From positions 2,138-66,137 of the forward strand of contig JBFEOO010000011.1 in the NCBI GenBank assembly GCA_041550555.1: a stretch of DNA of 64,000 nt, in the 5' to 3' direction. Shown here piece after piece: positions 51,105 to 59,114 of this stretch (positions within the stretch are counted from its first letter, which is position 1; each line of letters opens with the position of its first letter). This stretch comes from Arenicellales bacterium. Lineage in GTDB: Bacteria > Pseudomonadota > Gammaproteobacteria > Arenicellales > JBFEOO01. A program made the position numbers and the translations under genes. The notes under the pieces are model-generated. The model had not been told where the DNA came from and made no database searches. It saw only the letters and a program-made list of their open reading frames with translations.

Positions 51105-52616
51105 TCAGTCCTCGCTGCCGAGCTCGATGGCGTCCCCGACGAGCTGGTGCACGCTGACGATCATGTCCATGCCGAGCCCGTAGTAAGGCAGCACCTTGCT
51201 GAACTGGCTCTTGCAGATGGCGCAGATTGCGGCCATGTGCGTGACGCCGTTCTCCTGCACGACGCGCTCGAGGGCCTGCATGCGCGGCATGGCGCCCTTG
51301 ACCCTGAGCTCGACCAGATCATCGGTGAGCAGTCCACCGCCCCCGCCGCAGCAGAACGTATGCTCGCGGATCGTCTCGGGCGCCATGTCGACGAATCGAT
51401 TGCAGGCCGCACGCAGCACCGCCCGCGGGATCTCGAACTGGCCGCCCGGCCTGTCGCCCATGCGCGAGCCCCGCGAGACGTTGCACGAGTCATGGAACGT
51501 GACGACCTTGTCGTCGTTGGCCGCCGCATTGAGTCGCAACGCCCCGCGCTCGAGCAAATCGTAGGTGAGCTCGCAGATGTGCTGCGGCACAGGGTAGTTC
51601 GGATCGAGAAAATCGAACGGTCCGATGAGCGTGTTCCAGAAGCTGTACGCGACGCGCCAGGCATGGCCACACTCGCCGACCACGATGCGCTTCACGCCGA
51701 GATCGAGCGCCGCCTCGCGCACGCGGCGCGCCACGCGCTGCATGTTCTGGTAGCTGCCGATGAATATGCCGAAGTTGGCCGCCTCCGAGGCGTGAGAGCT
51801 CAGCGTCCAGCTGATGCCCGCCTTGTGGAAGACCTTGCCGTAGCCGATCAACCCGTCGACGTGCGGCTCGGCGAAGAAGTCCGCCGACGGCGTAACGACG
51901 AGCACCTCGGCGCCCTGCTCGTCGAGAGGATAGCGCACGTCGACGCCGGTCTCGTCCTTGACGTCTTCCTCGAGCCCTTCCAAGGTATCGGCCAGCGCCG
52001 GTGCCGGCAGGCCTAGATTGTTGCCGATCTTGAAAACCTTGCCGATGATCTCGTTCGCATACTTCTGACCGACACCGATCGAGTCAAGGATCTCCCGCCC
52101 CGCCATGGTGATCTCCGCCGTATCGATGCCGTAGGGACAGTAGACGGAGCAGCGGCGGCATTCCGAGCACTGGTGGTAATAGCGATACCAATCCTCTACG
52201 ACGTCCTCGGTCAGATCGACTGCGCCGACGAGCCGTGGGAAATGCTTGCCGGCGAACGTGAAGTAGCGGCGATAGACCCCGCGCAGGAGATCTTGGCGGG
52301 CCACGGGCATGTTCTTGGGATCACCCGTGCCGAGGTAGTAGTGACACTTGTCGGTGCACGCCCCGCATTTGACGCAGGCGTCGAGAAATACCCGCAGCGA
52401 GCGGTACTTGCCCAGCAGCTCGCCCATCTTGTCGAGCGCCACCTGCTGCCAATCCTCGACCAGCTCCCCCGGATAGCCGAGCGGCTCCTGATGCTCGGCC
52501 TTGGCCACGAAGGGCTTCGAGTGCGCCATGGCCCCGGGGCGGACCGGCGGAATTTCGAGGTAGGGCCCGAGAGCGGGCGTCTCGAACTGCGGCTTGCCTG
52601 AGGCGGACCGTGTCAT
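51105..52616 (-). CDS. dsrK: HdrD-like cytoplasmic iron-sulfur subunit DsrK
   Basis: CVKCGACTDKCH and CSECRRCSVYCP clusters, CCG domain FCCGGGGG. ATG 52616 chosen because a longer ORF would overlap dsrM. ATG 52529 is possible. Confidence 0.9.
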   Translation of the reverse strand: MTRSASGKPQFETPALGPYLEIPPVRPGAMAHSKPFVAKAEHQEPLGYPGELVEDWQQVALDKMGELLGKYRSLRVFLDACVKCGACTDKCHYYLGTGDPKNMPVARQDLLRGVYRRYFTFAGKHFPRLVGAVDLTEDVVEDWYRYYHQCSECRRCSVYCPYGIDTAEITMAGREILDSIGVGQKYANEIIGKVFKIGNNLGLPAPALADTLEGLEEDVKDETGVDVRYPLDEQGAEVLVVTPSADFFAEPHVDGLIGYGKVFHKAGISWTLSSHASEAANFGIFIGSYQNMQRVARRVREAALDLGVKRIVVGECGHAWRVAYSFWNTLIGPFDFLDPNYPVPQHICELTYDLLERGALRLNAAANDDKVVTFHDSCNVSRGSRMGDRPGGQFEIPRAVLRAACNRFVDMAPETIREHTFCCGGGGGLLTDDLVELRVKGAMPRMQALERVVQENGVTHMAAICAICKSQFSKVLPYYGLGMDMIVSVHQLVGDAIELGSED

Positions 52617-52635
52617 GCTCGCTTTCGCCCTGGTC

Positions 52636-53376
52636 TCAATTGGCTCGAACGTCGCGGGACAGCCGCTCGGCCCACGGCGCCACGTGCCGCCGCTCTCTGG
52701 GGTCGTCCACCTGATTGCGGGTGGGGCTGAAGAAAACGCCCGGCGCATGCAGCAGCTTGCTGAACGGAAACACGATCATCAACCCGGCCACGAGCAGCAG
52801 ATGCACCAGCAGCAGCGGGTCAGCGGGCAGCGGCTGCCAGTCGAAGCGCAGCAGACCCAGCGTGAAGGCCTTGAGCGCCACGATATCGGTATGCCAGACG
52901 AATCTCATGAGCAGGCCGGTTGCCGCAATCGCAACGAGAAGCGCCAGCATGAGGTGGTCGGAGGGTGAGGAGATGTAGCGGATGCGGTCGACGAGCACGC
53001 GACGCAGCCACAGCCCCACCAGGCCGCCGAGCATCACGTAGCCTGCATACACACCCACCCACTGAATCATCGCCACCCATGACCAGAGCGGTTCCTGGAA
53101 GTAACGCAGATGCCGCAGCAGCACCAGCAGCAGCGCGGCATGGAAGAGCCAGCCGAACAGCCACGTCCACTTGGCGCCTTTGAAGAGACTCTCGAAGAAG
53201 ACCACCTCGCGCGCCATGCGCGCGACCACGCCACCGCGTGACACGGGCGCCGGCGTGGTTGGGATGATGAGCGGCGCCGGCGTGCGTGCGTAGACGACGA
53301 CCCGCAGCGCAACGCCGCCGATCAGCACGAGGGCGGCAGCGTAGAACAGCAGGGCGAAAAGTGCCGTCAGCAACAC
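52636..53376 (-). CDS. dsrM: NarI-like dihaem cytochrome b membrane subunit DsrM
   Basis: Five TM helices with conserved His (FHAALLLVLLRHLRY, HLLLVAGLMIVFPFSKLLH), HdrE/NarI-like. Position between dsrC and dsrK. Confidence 0.88.
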   Translation of the reverse strand: MLLTALFALLFYAAALVLIGGVALRVVVYARTPAPLIIPTTPAPVSRGGVVARMAREVVFFESLFKGAKWTWLFGWLFHAALLLVLLRHLRYFQEPLWSWVAMIQWVGVYAGYVMLGGLVGLWLRRVLVDRIRYISSPSDHLMLALLVAIAATGLLMRFVWHTDIVALKAFTLGLLRFDWQPLPADPLLLVHLLLVAGLMIVFPFSKLLHAPGVFFSPTRNQVDDPRERRHVAPWAERLSRDVRAN

Positions 53377-53423
53377 CCTCTACCCTTCCCGCGCGCCGGA
53401 ACCATCGACACCTGGGAAACGCC

Positions 53424-53439
53424 CTGCGGTGCCCCGCAG
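53424..53439 (-). other. Intra-operon RNA hairpin just after dsrC (CUGCGG-GGCA-CCGCAG)
   Basis: Perfect 6-bp stem with a GNNA-type tetraloop beginning 8 nt after the dsrC stop, followed by GGCGUUUCCC. It lies in the 70-nt dsrC-dsrM spacer. Confidence 0.4.
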
Positions 53440-53446
53440 CGCGGTC

Positions 53447-53779
53447 TCATACGCAGCCGGTCGGCTTGGGCAGACCAGCGTATTTACACGCCTGCTTCGC
53501 GGGACCGTAGGGAAACAGCTCATAGAGATAGCGGCTGTTGCCCTTGTCCTTACCGAGCTTCTTGCCGATCGCCTTGGTAAGCACCCGAACCGCCGGAGCA
53601 ATCTGGTACTCGTCGTAATACTCGCGGAGGAAATTAATGACCTCCCAATGGTTCTCCGTGAGCTGACAGTCGTCGATCTCGGCCATTTTCTCCGCAAGCT
53701 CTGGCGTCCAGTCGCTCAGGTTCTGCAGATATCCTTCTTCGTCCGTGTCGTAGACTTTTCCCTCGATCTCAAGTGTCAT
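53447..53779 (-). CDS. dsrC: Sulfur carrier / sulfite reductase substrate protein DsrC
   Basis: 110 aa. C-terminal arm CKYAGLPKPTGCV with both conserved Cys (penultimate residue Cys). AGGAGAAGG SD upstream. Confidence 0.95.
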   Translation of the reverse strand: MTLEIEGKVYDTDEEGYLQNLSDWTPELAEKMAEIDDCQLTENHWEVINFLREYYDEYQIAPAVRVLTKAIGKKLGKDKGNSRYLYELFPYGPAKQACKYAGLPKPTGCV

Positions 53780-53818
53780 GATCCTTCTCCTGTATTTAAT
53801 TGCACATACCCAATTCGT

Positions 53819-54121
53819 TCACAGCCAGGCCTGAACACGATCGTTCTCCACCGCCAGATCCACGAAGCCGTCGTAGCCGACTACCGTGACTCCGTCGATT
53901 ACATTGTCTGGCGCTATGCCTCTCGCATTGATGTCGGGCCCAAGCGCGAATACGCGGTGCTTCTCGAGTGCGCTGCGAATCGTCCCCTCCACAGCGGTGC
54001 CTTTCATGGCCGCGTAAACGGCGTCTTCGATCAGCAGAATGTCGCTGCCGCTGCGAGCCAGGCGCAGACACGTCTCGAGACTGTTTTTTTCGAACGGTGA
54101 CTTGTTGACCGTGTGCAACAT
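53819..54121 (-). CDS. dsrH: Sulfurtransferase complex subunit DsrH (TusB-like)
   Basis: 100 aa, MLHTVNKSPF..SLETCLRLA (conserved Cys), ILLIEDAVYAA. Confidence 0.87.
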   Translation of the reverse strand: MLHTVNKSPFEKNSLETCLRLARSGSDILLIEDAVYAAMKGTAVEGTIRSALEKHRVFALGPDINARGIAPDNVIDGVTVVGYDGFVDLAVENDRVQAWL

Positions 54122-54147
54122 TCGTCTCTGCGCCGCCGGTAAGTCTG

Positions 54148-54555
54148 CTAGAAATCCAGGATAACGTCCTGCTCTTCCATGAGGTCCGTCAGCTGTGCGG
54201 AATCGAGCACCTCGACGGGCACGATAAAGTCTTCCTCCGTCAGGCCGCGCCGCTGCATCGACTCCCTCTCGACGTAAAGCTTCTCCACGTCGTACATCTC
54301 GAGCGCACGATACGTTGGCGAGAAGTTCTTCATGTCACTCTCGGCGGTATCCTGCCCCTTCTTGAGCTGGTAGACACCGTCGTCGACGAACACCATGCTG
54401 ACGTCCTGATCGAAGGCGGCGCCGATCAGCACCACCTCGAGCCCCTCGAGCGCGTAGATGGTTCCGTACGGCGCGTGCCTGTTGATGTACATGAACCGCT
54501 TGACCACACCGCCGGGCGCCCCCTCTTCGTCCAGAAACTCCTCGTCGCTCGCCAT
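54148..54555 (-). CDS. dsrF: Sulfurtransferase complex subunit DsrF (TusC-like)
   Basis: VKRFMYINRHAPYGTIYALEGLEVVLIGAAFDQDVSMVFVDDGVYQL. ATG 54555 lies 7 nt after GAGG; GTG 54564 is an alternative. Confidence 0.88.
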   Translation of the reverse strand: MASDEEFLDEEGAPGGVVKRFMYINRHAPYGTIYALEGLEVVLIGAAFDQDVSMVFVDDGVYQLKKGQDTAESDMKNFSPTYRALEMYDVEKLYVERESMQRRGLTEEDFIVPVEVLDSAQLTDLMEEQDVILDF

Positions 54556-54598
54556 CGACAGCACCTCACTGGCCGGCCGGGGCCGTCATGCGCACCGC

Positions 54599-54700
54599 GC
54601 GGCTCGCGCCAATCCGACCGCGTCCGCGGACGACGCGCCCGATCCGGATGTCGGCGCACCGCGATCCACCCGTGTCGGGGAACCGTCGCGCGCGAGCCGC
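54599..54700 (-). repeat. 11-bp perfect inverted repeat (GCGGCTCGCGC / GCGCGAGCCGC) bracketing 80 nt inside the dsrE-dsrF spacer
   Basis: Arms at 54599-54609 and 54690-54700. The enclosed segment contains further GC-rich pairings (e.g. GUGCGCC..GGCGCGU on the mRNA strand). No credible ORF. Confidence 0.6.
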
Positions 54701-54751
54701 CGCTGCAACCGTCTCGATACCCTCGCCGAGCGTCTTCGCCACCGATCTGCC

Positions 54752-55144
54752 CTAGTCGCCGAAGACCATCAGGCGATCGGCCTGGATGCCAACCTCGACC
54801 AGCTGCCCGAGCCCGGATATGCGAAAGCCGGGAGCGATGTTGTCGGCATCCTTTCCCTGGCGCTTCGCCTCGCCGGCGTCGACGATGCCGCGGCGCTGCG
54901 CCGCCGCCACGCATACCACCATGTCGAGGCCGTGCTGCTCGGCGAGCTCCGACCAGCGCCTGACGATGTTGCGGTCGTCCTGCGGCGGCGTGGTGAGGCG
55001 CGACCCGTTGTTGACGCCGTCGTGATAGAAGAACACGCGCACGATCTCGTGGCCCTTGGCGAGCGCCGCCTTGGCGAACTGATAGGCGGTATCGGCAGCC
55101 TGGTGCGTGTACGGGCCTTCGTTCACCATGATGCCAAACTTCAC
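54752..55144 (-). CDS. dsrE: Sulfurtransferase complex subunit DsrE (TusD-like)
   Basis: (M)KFGIMVNEGPYTHQAADTAYQFAKAALAKGHEIVRVFFYHDGVNN, active-site Cys in MVVCVAAAQRRG. GTG start at 55142-55144, 20 nt after the dsrB stop. The longer ORF to 55606 lies inside dsrB. Confidence 0.9.
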   Translation of the reverse strand: MKFGIMVNEGPYTHQAADTAYQFAKAALAKGHEIVRVFFYHDGVNNGSRLTTPPQDDRNIVRRWSELAEQHGLDMVVCVAAAQRRGIVDAGEAKRQGKDADNIAPGFRISGLGQLVEVGIQADRLMVFGD

Positions 55145-55164
55145 CTCGACGCCCCCCGCTCGAG

Positions 55165-56250
55165 TCAAAACCGCATATACGAAGACGCGTTCAGGCTCTT
55201 GCGCGAGCCGCGCCAGTTGTCGATGTGGTATTTCGTGAACGGCAGCTCGGTGAGCTCGAAGAAACGGGGCCAGCCGATACGGTCTATCCAGTCGTTTATC
55301 CGCTCCCAGTCCTTGGCATCTTCCTTGTAGGTGCGAAGGATGCGCTTGACGATGGCTGTCGCCTCGGGCCAGCGCGGCGGATTGTTGGGCACGCCCGCTG
55401 CGACGAGCTTCTGGAAGCTCGGCCGACTGCGCGCATTGGAGTGGTTGCCGCCGACCCATATGGCCAGCTTCGTGTGCTCCGGATCGTTGATCTGCATCGG
55501 CGGACAGGGTGGATAGCACGCGCCGCAGCAGATGCATTTCTTCTCGTCGACTTCGAGGCTGGGCTTGCCGTTGACCTGCGCGGGACGTATGGCGGCCACG
55601 GGACAACGCGCGACGACGGCGGGCCGTTCGCAGACGTTGGCAACGAGATCGTGGTTGATACGCGGAGGTTTCGTGTGCTGGACGTTGATCGCGATGTCGC
55701 CCTGTCCGCCGCAGTTGATCTGGCAGCAGGACGTCGTGATGTGCACGCGGTTCGGCATGTTGCAGTTCTTGAACTCGTCGATGAGCTCATCCATCATCGC
55801 CTTGACGACGCCGGACGCGTCCGTTCCCGGAATATCGCAATGCAGCCACCCCTGTGTGTGTGAGATGCTCGCCACCGAGTTGGCCGTTCCCCCGACGACG
55901 AACCCTGACGACTCGAGCGCCGCGATCAACGGCTCGACCTTGGTATCGTCCGCAACCATGTACTCGATGTTGCTGCGGATCGTGAAACGCACGTAGCCGT
56001 CGGCGTACGTGTCGCCGATGTCACAGAGCTTGCGCAGCGTGAAGACATCGAGGATGCGCTGCGTCCCCGCCTTCACCGTCCAGATCTCATCGCCGCTGTG
56101 AGCGACGTGCCGCAGCACGCCCGGTCGCGGGTGATCGTGGTAACGCCACTGGCCGAAATTCTTCACCATGACCGGATGCATGTACTGAAAGCCGTCCGGG
56201 CAGCCCGACTCAATGGGCATGCGGTGTTTCTTCTGCTGCGCCTGTGCCAT
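55165..56250 (-). CDS. dsrB: Reverse-type dissimilatory sulfite reductase beta subunit
   Basis: 361 aa. Sulfite reductase 4Fe-4S/siroheme region TSCCQINCGG and ferredoxin insert CPVAAIRP..CICCGACYPPCP. Confidence 0.95.
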   Translation of the reverse strand: MAQAQQKKHRMPIESGCPDGFQYMHPVMVKNFGQWRYHDHPRPGVLRHVAHSGDEIWTVKAGTQRILDVFTLRKLCDIGDTYADGYVRFTIRSNIEYMVADDTKVEPLIAALESSGFVVGGTANSVASISHTQGWLHCDIPGTDASGVVKAMMDELIDEFKNCNMPNRVHITTSCCQINCGGQGDIAINVQHTKPPRINHDLVANVCERPAVVARCPVAAIRPAQVNGKPSLEVDEKKCICCGACYPPCPPMQINDPEHTKLAIWVGGNHSNARSRPSFQKLVAAGVPNNPPRWPEATAIVKRILRTYKEDAKDWERINDWIDRIGWPRFFELTELPFTKYHIDNWRGSRKSLNASSYMRF

Positions 56251-56294
56251 CTCGATGCTCCGCTAGGGGTTGCCGCCGCGCCGTCCGCCCTGTC

Positions 56295-57554
56295 TCAGGC
56301 GGCTTCTTCGGAACCGGCCTTGCGCTGAAACCACTTCACCGCCTCCTCGTCCCAGCCGTCCATTCGCACATAGGAGCTCTCCCGTGGATGAACGATCATG
56401 TTGGGGTCCACGTCGACGCCCACGCCCTCGAGAAAATTGACAAGCCCGATTCGCTCGATCATCTCCCCGATGCGCTCGTGCTCGAGCCCGTTCTCGGCCC
56501 AGAAATCGATCGATTCCTCGGCGAGCTCGACGAGCCTCTCGTAGTCTTCCTCGTCCTCGAGCTTCATGAACGGCACCATTACAGTGCCCATCAGATCGCC
56601 GATCTTCAGGGTGCGCTTGCCACCGATCAACACCGAGACGCCTTTGTCATCTCCCGGCGACAGGGCGTGGGGCATGACGTTGAGACAGTGCATGCATTTG
56701 ACGCAGTTGCGATCGTCGATGGCGAAGGTGTCCTCGTCGGTGAGCGACATACACTTCGTCGGACATCGACTGATGACGTTGTCGATCACATACTGCCGGC
56801 CCTTTCTCTCGACGAAAGCCTTGACCTGATCTTGATCGATCTTGATCTCGTCGCGCCACGTGCCAATGACGGCGAAGTCGGCGCGCTCGATGGCGTTCAT
56901 GCAGTCGTTCGGACATCCGGAAACTTTGAACTTGAACTTGTACGGCAGCGCAGGTCTATGAATATCGTCGGTGAAGTTGTTCACCAGCGCGCGGTGGACC
57001 TTCTGCTCGTTGCAGCACGACTGCTCACAGCGTGCGGAGCCAACGCACGACTGGGCGGTGCGGACACACGGCCCCGCTCCGCCGAGATCGAAGCCGTAGT
57101 CGTTGATCTCGTCGAAGAAATGCTGGGTGTTCTCGGTCGTGGCACCGATGAACATGATGTTGCCGGTCTGGCCGTGGAAGGTCACCAGCCCCGAGCCCCA
57201 CTTCTCCCAGCTGTCGCCGAGCTGTCGCAGAATATCAGTGGTGTAGAAGTTCCCGGCGGGCGGCTGCACGCGCAGCGTATGAAACTCCTTCGATTCCGGA
57301 AACTGTTTGCCGACCTCCGAGAAGCGCGGGATGATTCCGCCGCCGTAGCCGTATACGCTAACGGTGCCGCCCTTCCAGTAACCCTTCCGCGTCTCGTAGG
57401 AGTGCTCGAGCTGTCCGAGAAGATCGTTAGCCACACCGTTGATGCGGGTGTCCGGGTGCTGATCGCGCAGCCGTTTGATCCCGGAGACGAAACTCGGCCA
57501 TGGGCCGTTCTCGAGCTCGTCGATCATCGGAGTGGCGTGCTTGTGGTTCCCCAT
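56295..57554 (-). CDS. dsrA: Reverse-type dissimilatory sulfite reductase alpha subunit
   Basis: MGNHKHATPMIDELENGPWPSFV.., cluster/siroheme Cys CVGSARCEQSCC, SGCPNDCMNA, ferredoxin insert CPTKC..CVKCMHCLNVMP. GAGGAG lies 7 nt before ATG 57554. Confidence 0.95.
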   Translation of the reverse strand: MGNHKHATPMIDELENGPWPSFVSGIKRLRDQHPDTRINGVANDLLGQLEHSYETRKGYWKGGTVSVYGYGGGIIPRFSEVGKQFPESKEFHTLRVQPPAGNFYTTDILRQLGDSWEKWGSGLVTFHGQTGNIMFIGATTENTQHFFDEINDYGFDLGGAGPCVRTAQSCVGSARCEQSCCNEQKVHRALVNNFTDDIHRPALPYKFKFKVSGCPNDCMNAIERADFAVIGTWRDEIKIDQDQVKAFVERKGRQYVIDNVISRCPTKCMSLTDEDTFAIDDRNCVKCMHCLNVMPHALSPGDDKGVSVLIGGKRTLKIGDLMGTVMVPFMKLEDEEDYERLVELAEESIDFWAENGLEHERIGEMIERIGLVNFLEGVGVDVDPNMIVHPRESSYVRMDGWDEEAVKWFQRKAGSEEAA

Positions 57555-57671
57555 CGATTCGCTCCTCGCTCTCGCACATGTTCCCGCGCCGTATCGCAAG
57601 CGCCCGACGCCGCGGCGGGCCGCCGTGCGGCCCCTCCCAGCGCATTGTATTGGCCCGACCGAATCGACGGA

Positions 57672-57807
57672 CCCTCCCGATGTGGAGGGCGACGCCGCGC
57701 CCGCCCTATCTCGTTGGAGATAGACGCAGGCGGGGGCCTGCGGCCCTGCCGCGCGCAGCGCCGGCCGAGCAACGCCGCGCGCGTTTACAATCAGACACAT
57801 AACGCGC
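57672..57807. promoter_or_regulatory. Inverted repeats in the dsrA / TauD-like divergent control region
   Basis: CCCTCC-N6-GGAGGG (57672-57689), CTATCTC-GTTG-GAGATAG (57706-57723, perfect 18-bp palindrome), GCGCGTT-N15-AACGCGC (57779-57807). The only -10-like hexamer on the dsrA strand is TACAAT (57649-57644), with no good -35. Confidence 0.35.
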
Positions 57808-57886
57808 AGCGCGCGCAAGCAGTACGATACCGTCCGGCGTGCCGCGCTACCCCGCCCTGGGGCGTCATTCCCCTCCTTTGGGAAAG

Positions 57887-57915
57887 CTTACAGACGCGAA
57901 GCCTTGCTTTAGAAT
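57887..57915 (+). promoter_or_regulatory. Candidate sigma70 promoter for the TauD-like operon (CTTACA-N17-TAGAAT)
   Basis: -35 at 57887-57892 and -10 at 57910-57915 with a 17-nt spacer, 28 nt upstream of ATG 57944, in a low-GC3 stretch that is unlikely to be coding. Confidence 0.4.
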
Positions 57916-57943
57916 CCCAGCGGAATTCGATCTCCGCGAGTCC

Positions 57944-58912
57944 ATGCTGTTGAGCGATTTCGGACCACCCAACGCCGCCGAGCTGCCCCAGCGGCCGTCG
58001 TTGCCCCTTGGGCAGCCGAGCGCAGCGACGCGCTTGGATCGCTACCTGCGCTGGCGCGACGCCAAGCTCGGTGCATGGGAGCGCTGGCGGGCGGACCCGT
58101 GGGTGGAGCTGGTCGACCCCGGCCATCTGAGCAGCGCGGAGCGCACGGCGCTGCTGGCGCGCGTACGGGACGCCAACATGGTGCTCTACGCCTGCCGGTA
58201 TCCCGGCCGGGTGACCCCGGGCTGCTTGCGGCAGCTCGGCGCGCAGCTGGGACTGAGGCGGGTCGACCCCACCCCCTACGCCGACGCCGACGGGCTGAGC
58301 GCGCTGCGGGTAGGCGGCGGCGGCGAGCACGAGTACATTCCCTACACCGACCGACGCCTGAGCTGGCACACCGACGGCTACTACAACGACCCAGCCCATC
58401 CGGTGCGCGCCTTCGTGCTGCATTGCGCGCGGGCGGCGGCGCACGGCGGCGAGAGCTGGCTGCTCGATCACGAGCTCGCCTGTCTGATGCTTCGCGACGC
58501 CGACGCCGCGCACCTGGACGCGCTGGCGCAGCCCGACGCCATGACGATTCCGGCCAACGTGCGCGACGGGCGGGAGCTGCGGCCCGAGCGCCGCGGCCCG
58601 GTCTTGTCCGCGGACCCCCACAGCGGCCGGCTGCACATGCGCTACACGGCGCGCAAGCGTTTCGTCATCTGGAGCCCGCGCCCCGAGGTCCAAGCGGCCG
58701 CCGCCTGTCTCGATGAGCTGCTGAGCGCGCCGTCACCCTTCGTGCTGCGCCACCGCCTCGAGCCAGGCGAGGGGCTGATCTGCAACAACGTGCTGCATGC
58801 GCGCTCGGCTTTCTGCGATGATCCGGACAGTGGCAGCTCGCGGCTCGTCTACCGGGCGCGCTATCTCGACCCCGTCGCGGCAGCGACCCCTGCCATGGCC
58901 TTCGCCTCGTAG
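57944..58912 (+). CDS. TauD/TfdA-family Fe(II)/2-oxoglutarate dioxygenase
   Basis: Facial triad candidates SWHTDGYY (HxD) and NNVLHARSAF. 2OG-binding Arg in RLVYRARY. ATG 57944 chosen because the upstream 35 codons have low GC3. Confidence 0.78.
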   Translation: MLLSDFGPPNAAELPQRPSLPLGQPSAATRLDRYLRWRDAKLGAWERWRADPWVELVDPGHLSSAERTALLARVRDANMVLYACRYPGRVTPGCLRQLGAQLGLRRVDPTPYADADGLSALRVGGGGEHEYIPYTDRRLSWHTDGYYNDPAHPVRAFVLHCARAAAHGGESWLLDHELACLMLRDADAAHLDALAQPDAMTIPANVRDGRELRPERRGPVLSADPHSGRLHMRYTARKRFVIWSPRPEVQAAAACLDELLSAPSPFVLRHRLEPGEGLICNNVLHARSAFCDDPDSGSSRLVYRARYLDPVAAATPAMAFAS

Positions 58913-58916
58913 CACA

Positions 58917-59111
58917 GTGATCTGGCTGAGCGAATTGCTGCTGCAGCACCACGACGTGGCGAGCTTCGACGAGCTGACCCGGCTGGTCGGTGCCGAGGCC
59001 CGCGCGGGAGCCCGTTTTCTGCGCTTCGACGTGCGCCCACCTTTTCCCGACACGCCGGAGAATTGGGAAGACCGGTTGGAGGCAGCCTTCACCGGCGCCG
59101 TCGAGCCCTGA
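58917..59111 (+). CDS. Small hypothetical protein (about 64 aa)
   Basis: High-GC3 reading frame filling the space between the TauD-like stop (58912) and the Cas6-like start (59115). GTG 58917 has no clear SD, so the start is uncertain. Confidence 0.4.
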   Translation: MIWLSELLLQHHDVASFDELTRLVGAEARAGARFLRFDVRPPFPDTPENWEDRLEAAFTGAVEP

Positions 59112-59114
59112 ACC

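Noticed and set aside
54426-54914. 162-aa minus-strand ORF covering the dsrE-dsrF spacer
   Set aside because: It is out of frame with, and overlapping, both dsrE and dsrF. It is an Arg/Gly-rich artefact and does not explain the spacer.
57555-57818. Long N-terminal extensions offered by the ORF track for dsrA; likewise dsrK 52617-52748, dsrN, dsrE, murB, murC, ftsI, mutT and the response regulator
   Set aside because: The extensions overlap the upstream gene or a promoter region and are Arg/Ala/Ser low-complexity. Conserved family N-termini begin at internal ATG/GTG codons, often with ATGA-type coupling or a good SD.
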